DNA of 64,000 nucleotides from Candidatus Bathyarchaeota archaeon. GTDB taxonomy: Archaea; Thermoproteota; CALKCG01; B24. Location: contig JAGHAZ010000025.1 in assembly GCA_021161255.1 (NCBI GenBank), forward strand, positions 216 through 64,215. The letters run 5' to 3'. Every line of letters starts with the position of its first letter. Positions within the stretch are counted from its first letter, which is position 1. A model generated the notes under the pieces. That model worked only from the letters and a program-made list of their open reading frames with translations, had not been told where the DNA came from and made no database searches. Positions 39,048-49,248 of this stretch are shown here, in pieces. A program made the translations under genes and the position numbers.

Positions 39048-40151
39048 ATGTACAGTCTTCCACTTGTGGGAGAGGGCGAACTTATATTCGTAGGGTTTGG
39101 TTTAGGCGACCTGGGACTGACAGTTAAAGGCCTTGAGATAGTCAAAAACGCCGATAAGATCTACGTGGAGACATACACGAACTACACACCAGATTGGGTC
39201 GTCGAAAGACTTGAGGAGCTATCGGGCCGACGGTTCGAGAGAGTTTCTAGGAAAGAGCTTGAAGAATCGGGTGGAGCTACGTTGCTGGAGACCGCGTCGG
39301 ATTCCAGAGTAGTTTTCTTGGTTCCAGGGGACCCATTCATGGCCACAACCCACATAGCCTTAAGGCTTGAGGCTGAGAAGAAAGGCATAAAGACATGGGT
39401 CGTGAACTCGTCATCCATCGTAGCGGCCGCTGCAGGGGCCTGTGGGCTCCAGATCTATAAGTTCGGGGAATCAGCCACCGTTGTTTTTCCAGAAGGTGAT
39501 ACGGTTTCTATGAAGCCTTACGATACCGTGCTTAAGAACCTTGAACGTGGATTACATACGCTTCTCCTACTCGACTATAGGGCTGAAGAAGGCCGTGCTA
39601 TGACCGTAAACTATGCTTTGAAACTACTGAGAGACGTCGAGAAGATTAGAAGAATGGGGATTTTCAACGACGATAGGCTTGTAGTAGGGTTAGCCAGGTT
39701 AGGTTACGATAATTATAAGGTTAAAGGAGGACCTTTAAAGGATGTTTTAAACGAGGATTTTGGAGAACCGCCCCATTGTATCGTCATCCCGGGTAGCCTC
39801 CACTTTATGGAGGCCGAGGCCTTAAAGATATTGGCAGATGTCAAGGAAACGTTTTCTAAGAGAGAAGGTGATGCTAGGAGCTATGTACCTTTAGATAGGC
39901 TGAACCGGTACATATCTGGTGTTGAAAAGGTTTTTAGGGATATCCGTCTCCTAGAATCATCTAGGTTGGTCGATAGAGGAGATGTAGCTAAAGCCTTAGA
40001 TTGGGCGAGAAACTACTATGAGGATTCAAGAGCCTTTAGGGATAGAGGAGACCTGGTCAGCAGCCTCGTAGCAGTAGCCTACTGCGAGGGAATACTCGAG
40101 GGACTGAGGCTTCTGAACCTCGTAGACTTCAAGTGGGAGGGAGAGGTCTGA
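39048..40151 (+). CDS. dph5: Diphthine synthase (Dph5/DphB, tetrapyrrole-methylase fold) with an about 100-aa C-terminal extension
   Basis: The N-terminal 260 aa match diphthine synthase (IFVGFGLGD..YVETYT..VVFLVPGDPFMATTH..KTWVVNSSSI). A C-terminal helical extension is absent from canonical 255-265-aa enzymes. Confidence 0.7.
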   Translation: MYSLPLVGEGELIFVGFGLGDLGLTVKGLEIVKNADKIYVETYTNYTPDWVVERLEELSGRRFERVSRKELEESGGATLLETASDSRVVFLVPGDPFMATTHIALRLEAEKKGIKTWVVNSSSIVAAAAGACGLQIYKFGESATVVFPEGDTVSMKPYDTVLKNLERGLHTLLLLDYRAEEGRAMTVNYALKLLRDVEKIRRMGIFNDDRLVVGLARLGYDNYKVKGGPLKDVLNEDFGEPPHCIVIPGSLHFMEAEALKILADVKETFSKREGDARSYVPLDRLNRYISGVEKVFRDIRLLESSRLVDRGDVAKALDWARNYYEDSRAFRDRGDLVSSLVAVAYCEGILEGLRLLNLVDFKWEGEV

Positions 40152-40597
40152 TGGGTAAGACCGTTCTCGTGGGGGGTGTTTTCGACATACTTCACCCAGG
40201 CCATGTCGAGCTTCTTAGGAGGGCTAAGTCTCTAGCCGGTAGAGACGGTAAGCTTGTGGTCCTCGTAGCGAGAGACTCGACTGTCGAGAAGACCGAAGGA
40301 AGAAGGCCTGTGATGCCTGAAGAAGCTAGAAAATTCATCCTAGAAAACCTCAAACCGGTAGATGAAGCCATATTGGGTTTAGACCCCCCCTCTGTCGATA
40401 GGGTTTTAGCGATGGTTAAGCCGGACATAGTGGTTCTAGGATACGACCAAGGTCGTCTAGAGAAAACGGTGAAAGATTCCGCTAAACGGCTTGGGTTGAG
40501 GATCGAAGTAGTTCGGATGGAGAAGTTCAACCGATACATGCCCAATAGCTCCTCAGACATCAAACGTCTCATAGCTATACGTTATGCGGGGAGATAG
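40133..40597 (+). CDS. ribL: Archaeal FAD synthase (FMN adenylyltransferase) RibL
   Basis: 154-aa cytidylyltransferase-like protein with the GGVFDILHPGHV (H.GH) motif. Adjacent to archaeal ribK. Confidence 0.75.
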   Translation: MGGRGLMGKTVLVGGVFDILHPGHVELLRRAKSLAGRDGKLVVLVARDSTVEKTEGRRPVMPEEARKFILENLKPVDEAILGLDPPSVDRVLAMVKPDIVVLGYDQGRLEKTVKDSAKRLGLRIEVVRMEKFNRYMPNSSSDIKRLIAIRYAGR

Positions 40598-40599
40598 TC

Positions 40600-41280
40600 G
40601 TGAAGAAGAGGCAGGTTTTCTGGAGGTATCTTCCTCTAGTCTTGAGACTTATAGAGATGGGGGCTTGGAGAGACTGGGTATACACGACGACAGTCGACCT
40701 GGCCTCTAGGACAAGGCTTCCCCAGCAAACGGTTTCAAGAGTGCTAAAGGCTCTCGAAAGCACGGGGTTCATCGAGAGAAGAAAAACCGGTAGAGGGGTT
40801 AGGGTTAGACTCACCGAGAAGTGCCTCGGTGCTTTAAGACCGGTTTACGAAAGACTTTTACCGGTCTTTGAAGGATTTAGAACATTGAGGTTTTCAGGCA
40901 TCGTCACCAGTGGGTTTGGAGATGGTGTACATTACGTTCAGGTTTACATGGAGAGGTTTGAAGAGAAACTGGGTTTTAAACCGTATCCTGGGACGCTTAA
41001 CCTCAGGATAGTCGATAGAGAGGACCTTAAAACCGTTTTCACGATAAGGGGTTTACCGGCTTTGAGAATAGAGGCTTTCAAGAGAGAGGGGAGGATCTAT
41101 GGAGCTGTAAGCTGCTATAGAGCACTTATAGGGGATGCTATAGAGGGGGCTATAGTAGTGCCTGAGAGGACGCATTACGGACCAGATATCGTCGAGCTTA
41201 TAGCCCCGGAGAATATCAGGGAGAAACTGGGTTTAAAGGATGGTGATAAGGTCTCTGTCGAGGTAAGGGTTGACGTTTGA
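40600..41280 (+). CDS. ribK: CTP-dependent riboflavin kinase RibK with an N-terminal winged-helix domain
   Basis: GTG start. N-terminal wHTH (TVSRVLKALESTGFIERR). C-terminal PYPGTLNLRI and GAVSCY motifs of archaeal riboflavin kinase. Confidence 0.75.
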   Translation: MKKRQVFWRYLPLVLRLIEMGAWRDWVYTTTVDLASRTRLPQQTVSRVLKALESTGFIERRKTGRGVRVRLTEKCLGALRPVYERLLPVFEGFRTLRFSGIVTSGFGDGVHYVQVYMERFEEKLGFKPYPGTLNLRIVDREDLKTVFTIRGLPALRIEAFKREGRIYGAVSCYRALIGDAIEGAIVVPERTHYGPDIVELIAPENIREKLGLKDGDKVSVEVRVDV

Positions 41281-41939
41281 CCGCGCCGCTACCCATAGAG
41301 AGGCTTAGGAATCTTCAGAAGGCCATAGCCGCGAAGATGGTTGCGGAAGACTTCTTCGAGAGACCTCTTCGTAGGGTCGCGGGTGTGGATGTTGCTTACA
41401 GCAATTCTAAGGCCTATGCAGCTATAGTCATCACGGAGCTGCCAGGCTTCAAAGTAGTAGAAGAGACTGTCTACGTCGGTAGGGCTCCGATACCTTACAT
41501 ACCAGGCTTATTGGCGTTCAGGGAAGGCCCACTTATCCTGAAGGTCTTAACGGTCGTTAGAAACAGATTCCAGGTTCTTTTAATCAACGGACATGGGATA
41601 GCTCACCCTCTTAGATGTGGATTAGCTACCTATGTAGGTGTCTTAGCAAGTAAACCCACAGTCGGAGTCGCTGGGAAATTGTTAGTAGGCCGTGTACTCC
41701 AACAGCCTAAGAAACCTTTGGAGTATACACCTATACAGTTCGAGGGGAATATTGTGGGATACTGTCTTAAGCCTAGGGGGCGTGGTAAACCTATATACGT
41801 GTCTCCGGGGCATCTCGTGTCGCTTGATGGAGCTTTAGACGTAGCTATAGCTTCTCTCGGCCGTTATAGAATGCCAGAGCCCCTCAGACTAGCCCATCTA
41901 GCCGCTAACCGGGCTAGACGATCCGACCATAGCGAATAG
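41277..41939 (+). CDS. nfi: Endonuclease V (deoxyinosine 3' endonuclease)
   Basis: Motifs GVDVAY, YIPGLLAFREGP and GHGIAHPLRCGLATYVGV match Nfi. The TTG start overlaps the ribK stop (TTGA). Confidence 0.8.
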   Translation: MTAPLPIERLRNLQKAIAAKMVAEDFFERPLRRVAGVDVAYSNSKAYAAIVITELPGFKVVEETVYVGRAPIPYIPGLLAFREGPLILKVLTVVRNRFQVLLINGHGIAHPLRCGLATYVGVLASKPTVGVAGKLLVGRVLQQPKKPLEYTPIQFEGNIVGYCLKPRGRGKPIYVSPGHLVSLDGALDVAIASLGRYRMPEPLRLAHLAANRARRSDHSE

Positions 41940-41957
41940 AGAAATATTTTGACGACA

Positions 41958-42605
41958 TTAACCTATGTGAGGACTTCTCAAGGCCTCTTCAAGCCTCCTT
42001 ATAGCATTTTCAAGACTTCGTCTTCTAATTTCGATGATGAGTTCTCCTCTAGTGGCTTCGATGACCCGTCTAACCCTATCTAGCCTAGCCCTCAGGCCTA
42101 CGGACGCGGCATATGGAGAGTCTATCTTCATAGACTCGTCGTAGATCGTATCCATCAGCTTCAGGAGACGTTCAGCTTCCTCGACTTGCCCCAGCCTTAT
42201 GTTTTCGAGAATAAGCCGTCTGAGCTCTCCGACCATGTCGAGCAGACCGAGAACGTAAGGTATAGGAGGTGAGGATAACTCCTCCCAGCTCGGTATCCTA
42301 CCTTCGCATAAGTAAGTTAGCAACGCCTTCGCTTCGCAGTATTCCTGATAAGCAGTTGCTATAGAGCCTGAATAGTCGAATTCCTCATGTAGCTTTCGAA
42401 GCTCCAACAGCTTCGAGAGTAAAGGAGTGAACTCCTCAGCCTTAACTCTAGCCTCCTCAAGAAGCCCTCTATGAATCAGGCTTAGAACGGTCTTAGAAAG
42501 CCTCACTATGCTTCTGACGCATTCTTGGATCAGGTCGCGGACCTCGTCCTTCTCGGCTAAAACATCCCTAAGTCTAGAAAAAACCTCTTCTAGATAGCCC
42601 ATCAA
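41958..42605 (-). CDS. Translin-family protein (probable)
   Basis: 215-aa all-helical protein whose N-terminus (LEEVFSRLRDVLAEKDEVRDLIQECVRSI) resembles the translin N-terminal helix pattern. Assignment is by pattern memory only. Confidence 0.4.
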   Translation of the reverse strand: MMGYLEEVFSRLRDVLAEKDEVRDLIQECVRSIVRLSKTVLSLIHRGLLEEARVKAEEFTPLLSKLLELRKLHEEFDYSGSIATAYQEYCEAKALLTYLCEGRIPSWEELSSPPIPYVLGLLDMVGELRRLILENIRLGQVEEAERLLKLMDTIYDESMKIDSPYAASVGLRARLDRVRRVIEATRGELIIEIRRRSLENAIRRLEEALRSPHIG

Positions 42606-42705
42606 ACAATTTTAAATCGAATTTAGTATTTAAGAACAGGACCTTTCGCTGAAGTCGCAGCTCTACCCTTATAAAAGACTGCTCCAGAGTATTGCAAGGG
42701 GTTAA

Positions 42706-44904
<2,199 letters not shown>

Positions 44905-44968
44905 AAATAGCTTTCTTCAACCCTTGAATTAAAAAGAAACCTTTAAACTCGTTCACGTCTAGTTTAAC

Positions 44969-45589
44969 ATGGTGAGAGACTTGTCGTTTGAAAATTGGTG
45001 GGCCAGATGGTTTAGAAGAAGGCGATGGCCCTTCTTCAGAAGCTGGTTTTTCGAAGATATCGACGAGATGTTTAGGGAGATGATGGAGGAGATCGAGCGG
45101 GAGTTCGAGGAGTTCTCTAAAAACGTCCCGAAGGAGCTAGTGCGAGAACGCACGCTTCCAGATGGAACTAAGGTAAAAGAGTGGGGGCCGTTCGTTTACG
45201 GCTACGTCATGACGGTGGGGCCAGATGGAAAACCAAAGGTCAGAGAGTTCGGTAACGTTAGGCTCGGCGTCGAGGCTGGGAGGCCAAGGGTGAGCATAAG
45301 CGAGCGCAGGGAGCCCCTAGTTGATGTCATGTCTACAGATGGAGAAGTTAAAGTAATAGCTGAGCTTCCGGGTGTGGAGAAGAAGGATATTCAACTCTTC
45401 GGAACCGAGGATAGTTTAACCATATCCGTCGACACCCCGGAGCGTAAGTACTATAAGGAAATCCAGCTTCCGGCTAAGGTAGACCCGAAGAAGGCTAAAT
45501 CCTCCTACAAGAACGGAGTACTAGAAGTGGCGCTCCCTAAGAAGGGGGAGAAGCCAAAGCCTAAAGGTGAGCCTATAAAAATCGAGTAG
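44969..45589 (+). CDS. hsp20: Small heat-shock protein (Hsp20/alpha-crystallin family) with an extended N-terminal region
   Basis: C-terminal alpha-crystallin domain (VDVMSTDGEVKVIAELPGVEKKDIQL...GVLEVALPKK). N-terminal W/F/R-rich segment plus an inserted region of about 65 aa. Confidence 0.7.
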   Translation: MVRDLSFENWWARWFRRRRWPFFRSWFFEDIDEMFREMMEEIEREFEEFSKNVPKELVRERTLPDGTKVKEWGPFVYGYVMTVGPDGKPKVREFGNVRLGVEAGRPRVSISERREPLVDVMSTDGEVKVIAELPGVEKKDIQLFGTEDSLTISVDTPERKYYKEIQLPAKVDPKKAKSSYKNGVLEVALPKKGEKPKPKGEPIKIE

Positions 45590-45601
45590 AAGACCCCTGG
45601 G

Positions 45602-45612
45602 TTATTTTTTCC
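45602..45612 (+). terminator. Oligo-T tract downstream of hsp20 (archaeal-type terminator candidate)
   Basis: TTATTTTTTCC begins 13 nt after the hsp20 stop, in a convergent intergenic region. Confidence 0.25.
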
Positions 45613-45678
45613 ATTACACGTTCATTGCCACACCGCGTTTCCCTCATCGTTTGTTCGCAAAGTTAGAAGTTAAGAGGA

Positions 45679-46704
45679 TTAAACTAGGCTTATCGGTCTA
45701 CCTTCTAACGCTGATTTTAACGCCGCTTCTATTATCCTAGTGACGGCGAGACCGTCTTCTCCAGTCGAGAGAGGCTGCTTATCATCGATGATACAATCGA
45801 TGAAGTGCCAGACCGTCCGGATATTGAAGCCTGTTAAGCGACCGTGGATTTCGAAGGGACCACCGAACAGGTCAGGCTTCTCAGATTTTTCAGAGGTGTA
45901 GACCCTCATAGCCTGATGGTGATGCGTATCTATGTAGACGCAGCCCCCGGTGAATATGAATCTACTTACAAAGTCGACTATGGAAGGCATGGTCTCAGGG
46001 AGCACCCAACTATTTTCAAACGACGCTACAACACCGTCCTCAAACTCGACAATATAGTGGAAGAAGTCCTCTGTGTTCACACCCATGTTTTTGAGAACTC
46101 GTTCTCCTTTAACGCAGTAGACCCTCACGGCTTCTTTTTCAAATATCCATCTCACCAGGTCTACGATGTGACTTCCTAGGAACCAGATAACCGACGATTT
46201 AGAAGCCCAGCTGAGCATCTTAGTCGGAACATATATCGTATCGCAGAGCCTTACATAGGCGTATATTGGTTCTCCCAATTCGCCTGCGTCTACTCTGGAT
46301 TTAAGGAGAGCGTACGGAGGACTCCATCTATTGTGAAAAGCCACCATAAGTTTAACACCTGCTTTCTTAGCGGCGTTAACCATAGCCTCGGCGTCGGAAA
46401 CAGAAGTCGCCAACGGCTTTTCGCATAAAACATCTTTACCGGCTTCGACGAACGCTATTACCGGGTCTTTGTGTAGGAAATCTGGTGTGGTAACCGAGAC
46501 CGCTTCAAGCTCAGGGTCTTCAGCCATTTTCCTGAAATCCGTATAAACCTTTTCGACTGAGAATTCCCTAGCGAAAGCCTCAGCCTTAGTTTTATCTATG
46601 TCGCAAACCGCTACGACTTCTGCGTCAGGGTGGCTCTTATAAGCTCTCGTATGGACTCGCCCCATTATTCCTAAACCCACCACTCCAACTCTGACCTTAC
46701 CCAT
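45679..46704 (-). CDS. Gfo/Idh/MocA-family NAD(P)-dependent oxidoreductase
   Basis: N-terminal Rossmann motif VGVVGLGIMGRVH, EKP motif (CEKPLA) and a C-terminal alpha/beta domain. 341 aa. Confidence 0.7.
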   Translation of the reverse strand: MGKVRVGVVGLGIMGRVHTRAYKSHPDAEVVAVCDIDKTKAEAFAREFSVEKVYTDFRKMAEDPELEAVSVTTPDFLHKDPVIAFVEAGKDVLCEKPLATSVSDAEAMVNAAKKAGVKLMVAFHNRWSPPYALLKSRVDAGELGEPIYAYVRLCDTIYVPTKMLSWASKSSVIWFLGSHIVDLVRWIFEKEAVRVYCVKGERVLKNMGVNTEDFFHYIVEFEDGVVASFENSWVLPETMPSIVDFVSRFIFTGGCVYIDTHHHQAMRVYTSEKSEKPDLFGGPFEIHGRLTGFNIRTVWHFIDCIIDDKQPLSTGEDGLAVTRIIEAALKSALEGRPISLV

Positions 46705-46831
46705 TTAAAGACACCCAAGAGATAGACGGGGTTCTGACATGATAAGAGTTACTAGCGTCTTTAGTAGGACGAGGAAATACACTAAGAAACTATTTATCTC
46801 AGCGTTTCTTAGATTTAGTCGAGAGCACAAA

Positions 46832-47749
46832 ATGGATGTCCCGGAGACTTTCAGGACGGTGCTTATGAAGCAGGGATATAGACTCGTCGGGAAACATAGC
46901 GGCGTCAAGGTCTGTGAGTGGACTCGTAGAAGTCTAACCCGCGGCGAATACTGTTATAAGCAGAAATGGTACGGGATCGAAAGTCATAGATGTCTTCAGT
47001 GCAGTCTGGCGTTATTTTGGTGTCTTAATCGTTGCCTATACTGCTGGAGGAGCTTCAAGTTGTTCTTAGGAGCGGAGATGAAGGTTGAACCAGATGACCC
47101 CGAGTGGATACTCGAAGGATTGATAGAGGCTCAGAGGACGCTCTTGGTCGGGTATAAGGGTAACCCTAAGGTTCCACGGTGGAAGTGGGAGGAAGCTCAG
47201 AACCCCACGAACTTAGCCATAAGCCTCATAGGGGAAAGCGTCTTGTACCCGCGTCTACCAGAGTTTATAGCTGTAGCTAAAGAACGCGGTATGAACACGT
47301 TCCTTGTGACCAAGGGGACATATCCTGAGATGCTTAGGAAACTCGAAGTCGAGCCTACGAACCTCTACATAAGCCTATGCGCACCTGATAAGGATACGTT
47401 TGAAAGACTCGATAGACCTATCATACCAGACGGCTGGGAGAAACAGATGGAGAGCTTAGAGCTTATGAGAAGTTTCAACTGCCGTAAAGTGATAAGGATC
47501 ACCCTGGTTAAAGGCTACAATATGCATGGTATAGATGGATACGCTAGGCTCATAGCGAAGGCCGAGCCGGATTATATAGAGCCTAAGGCTTACATGTGGG
47601 TTGGAGAGTCTAGGAAAAGACTTCCAGGCGAGGCTATGCCGACTCACGAGGATGTGATAGAGTTCGCCGAAAAACTAGCTGAAGAAACAGGATATAAGTT
47701 TGCAGATTTCTTTAGGCCAAGTAGAGTCGCGTTACTATCGGCTAAGTAA
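46832..47749 (+). CDS. taw1: tRNA 4-demethylwyosine synthase Taw1/Tyw1 (radical SAM)
   Basis: Radical-SAM CxxxCxxC (CLNRCLYC) plus an upstream Cys pair (CLQC). N-terminal LMKQGYRLVGKHSGVKVCEWTRR matches the Taw1 start. Homology-based start at ATG 46832 (the ORF track extends to 46739). Confidence 0.6.
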   Translation: MDVPETFRTVLMKQGYRLVGKHSGVKVCEWTRRSLTRGEYCYKQKWYGIESHRCLQCSLALFWCLNRCLYCWRSFKLFLGAEMKVEPDDPEWILEGLIEAQRTLLVGYKGNPKVPRWKWEEAQNPTNLAISLIGESVLYPRLPEFIAVAKERGMNTFLVTKGTYPEMLRKLEVEPTNLYISLCAPDKDTFERLDRPIIPDGWEKQMESLELMRSFNCRKVIRITLVKGYNMHGIDGYARLIAKAEPDYIEPKAYMWVGESRKRLPGEAMPTHEDVIEFAEKLAEETGYKFADFFRPSRVALLSAK

Positions 47750-47759
47750 AGGCGCTCTG

Positions 47760-49103
47760 TTAAACGGTCGCTCTTACGAGCTTTGCTATGAAAAACCCGT
47801 TACATCCATGTAGATGCGGATAAAGTCGCCTACACTCCTTGAACCCCCTTAAACCGGGCTCTCCGATAACTCCCGTGAGAGGCACGATCTCGAAGTCTGG
47901 GTTTAGATTCAGAAATTTTTCCACGACCATCTCGTTCTCTTCCACCGTTATACTGCAGGTGGAATATACTATATGGCCTCCTGGCTTAACTAGGTCTGCG
48001 TAGGAAAGAAGCATCGACAACTGAAGTTCAGAGAATTTTCTAACGTCTTTTAGGTCCATTCGCCATTTAATCGATGGATTCCTATGGAATACCCCTGTTC
48101 CTGAACAGGGAGGGTCTATCAAGACGAGATCTGCCTCTAATTTTAAAGGAGGCGCACGCGATGCGTCTGTGAGGACCAGATATGCGTTGGAGACCCCCAT
48201 TCTCGAAACTTCCCTAAGCCAGAGACCTGCACGTTCTCTAGACAGCTCTATCGAAACTATCAAGCCGGTATTATCCATGAGCTGGGCTAGGTAGCTTGTC
48301 TTAGCACCCGGTGCAGCACATACGTCTACAACAGTAAAACCAGGTTTAACCCCTGAGGCCTCCACGGCTAGGCAACTAGAGAGGTCTTGGATGTATACCA
48401 AGCCTCTTCTATAGAGACTTGATGCGACTATAGGTCTTCTGAAAGACTCGACTTTATACACGTGCTTTAAATCCTTAACTTTCATAAGCCTAACGCCTTC
48501 CTCCTTGAGAAACCTTAGGGTCTCATCTTCAGAAGCCTTTAGCGTATTTATCCTCAGATAGGTCGAAGGCGCGTCTAGGAGACTTTTTAGGAATCTTAGA
48601 CCATTCCAAGGCCCTAAGACTCTGAGCACGTATTCCACAAACCACCGAGGATTTGAAGTCAAAACCGATAGATACTCTAAAGAGCCAGACTCTGGAAGAA
48701 GCGTCTCCAAGGGAAGCACTCTAAGTTTAGCCAGTAATCGTACACAGAGCCTGTAATCGTCTGGGTTAAGTACCCTCCTGAGAGCCCTTAACGTTTCACT
48801 GGTCCTAAGCGACCTAGTCGGGTTGAGTTTAAACTCGTAGACGAGGAGCCGCATCGTTTGTTTAACCGTTTCCGAGACTTTCAGAATGCTGTCTCCGAGG
48901 ACCTTATCGAGTATATGGTCGACCAGGGCTTTACGTTTCACCACCTCGAAAACCAGCCTGTACGCCAAACCAAGCGGCTGACGCTCAGACTCGGATAATA
49001 TACGCCGCGCTCTATCCATAGTCGATTTAAGACTTAAACCCGTTCTCTCTTCAAGTGTTAAAGCTTTAACTGCAATTTTAAACGCTCTCTCGATGGTCGA
49101 CAC
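47760..49103 (-). CDS. NOL1/NOP2/Sun-family RNA (cytosine-C5)-methyltransferase
   Basis: SAM-binding DVCAAPGAKT. Catalytic motifs IDPPCSGTG and TCS. N-terminal NusB-like/PUA-like region. 447 aa. Confidence 0.8.
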   Translation of the reverse strand: MSTIERAFKIAVKALTLEERTGLSLKSTMDRARRILSESERQPLGLAYRLVFEVVKRKALVDHILDKVLGDSILKVSETVKQTMRLLVYEFKLNPTRSLRTSETLRALRRVLNPDDYRLCVRLLAKLRVLPLETLLPESGSLEYLSVLTSNPRWFVEYVLRVLGPWNGLRFLKSLLDAPSTYLRINTLKASEDETLRFLKEEGVRLMKVKDLKHVYKVESFRRPIVASSLYRRGLVYIQDLSSCLAVEASGVKPGFTVVDVCAAPGAKTSYLAQLMDNTGLIVSIELSRERAGLWLREVSRMGVSNAYLVLTDASRAPPLKLEADLVLIDPPCSGTGVFHRNPSIKWRMDLKDVRKFSELQLSMLLSYADLVKPGGHIVYSTCSITVEENEMVVEKFLNLNPDFEIVPLTGVIGEPGLRGFKECRRLYPHLHGCNGFFIAKLVRATV

Positions 49104-49248
49104 AGCCTAGAGACCTCTCCTTGGAGATCATAGACTAAACTCGGTAAAAATAGTTAAGCCTAAGCCATAGCAGAGGCGGTCTATTATAAAGCTGGGGGAC
49201 GTATAAACACAAATATCCGAGCTGGATAATAATTTATCTGGTTAGGGA

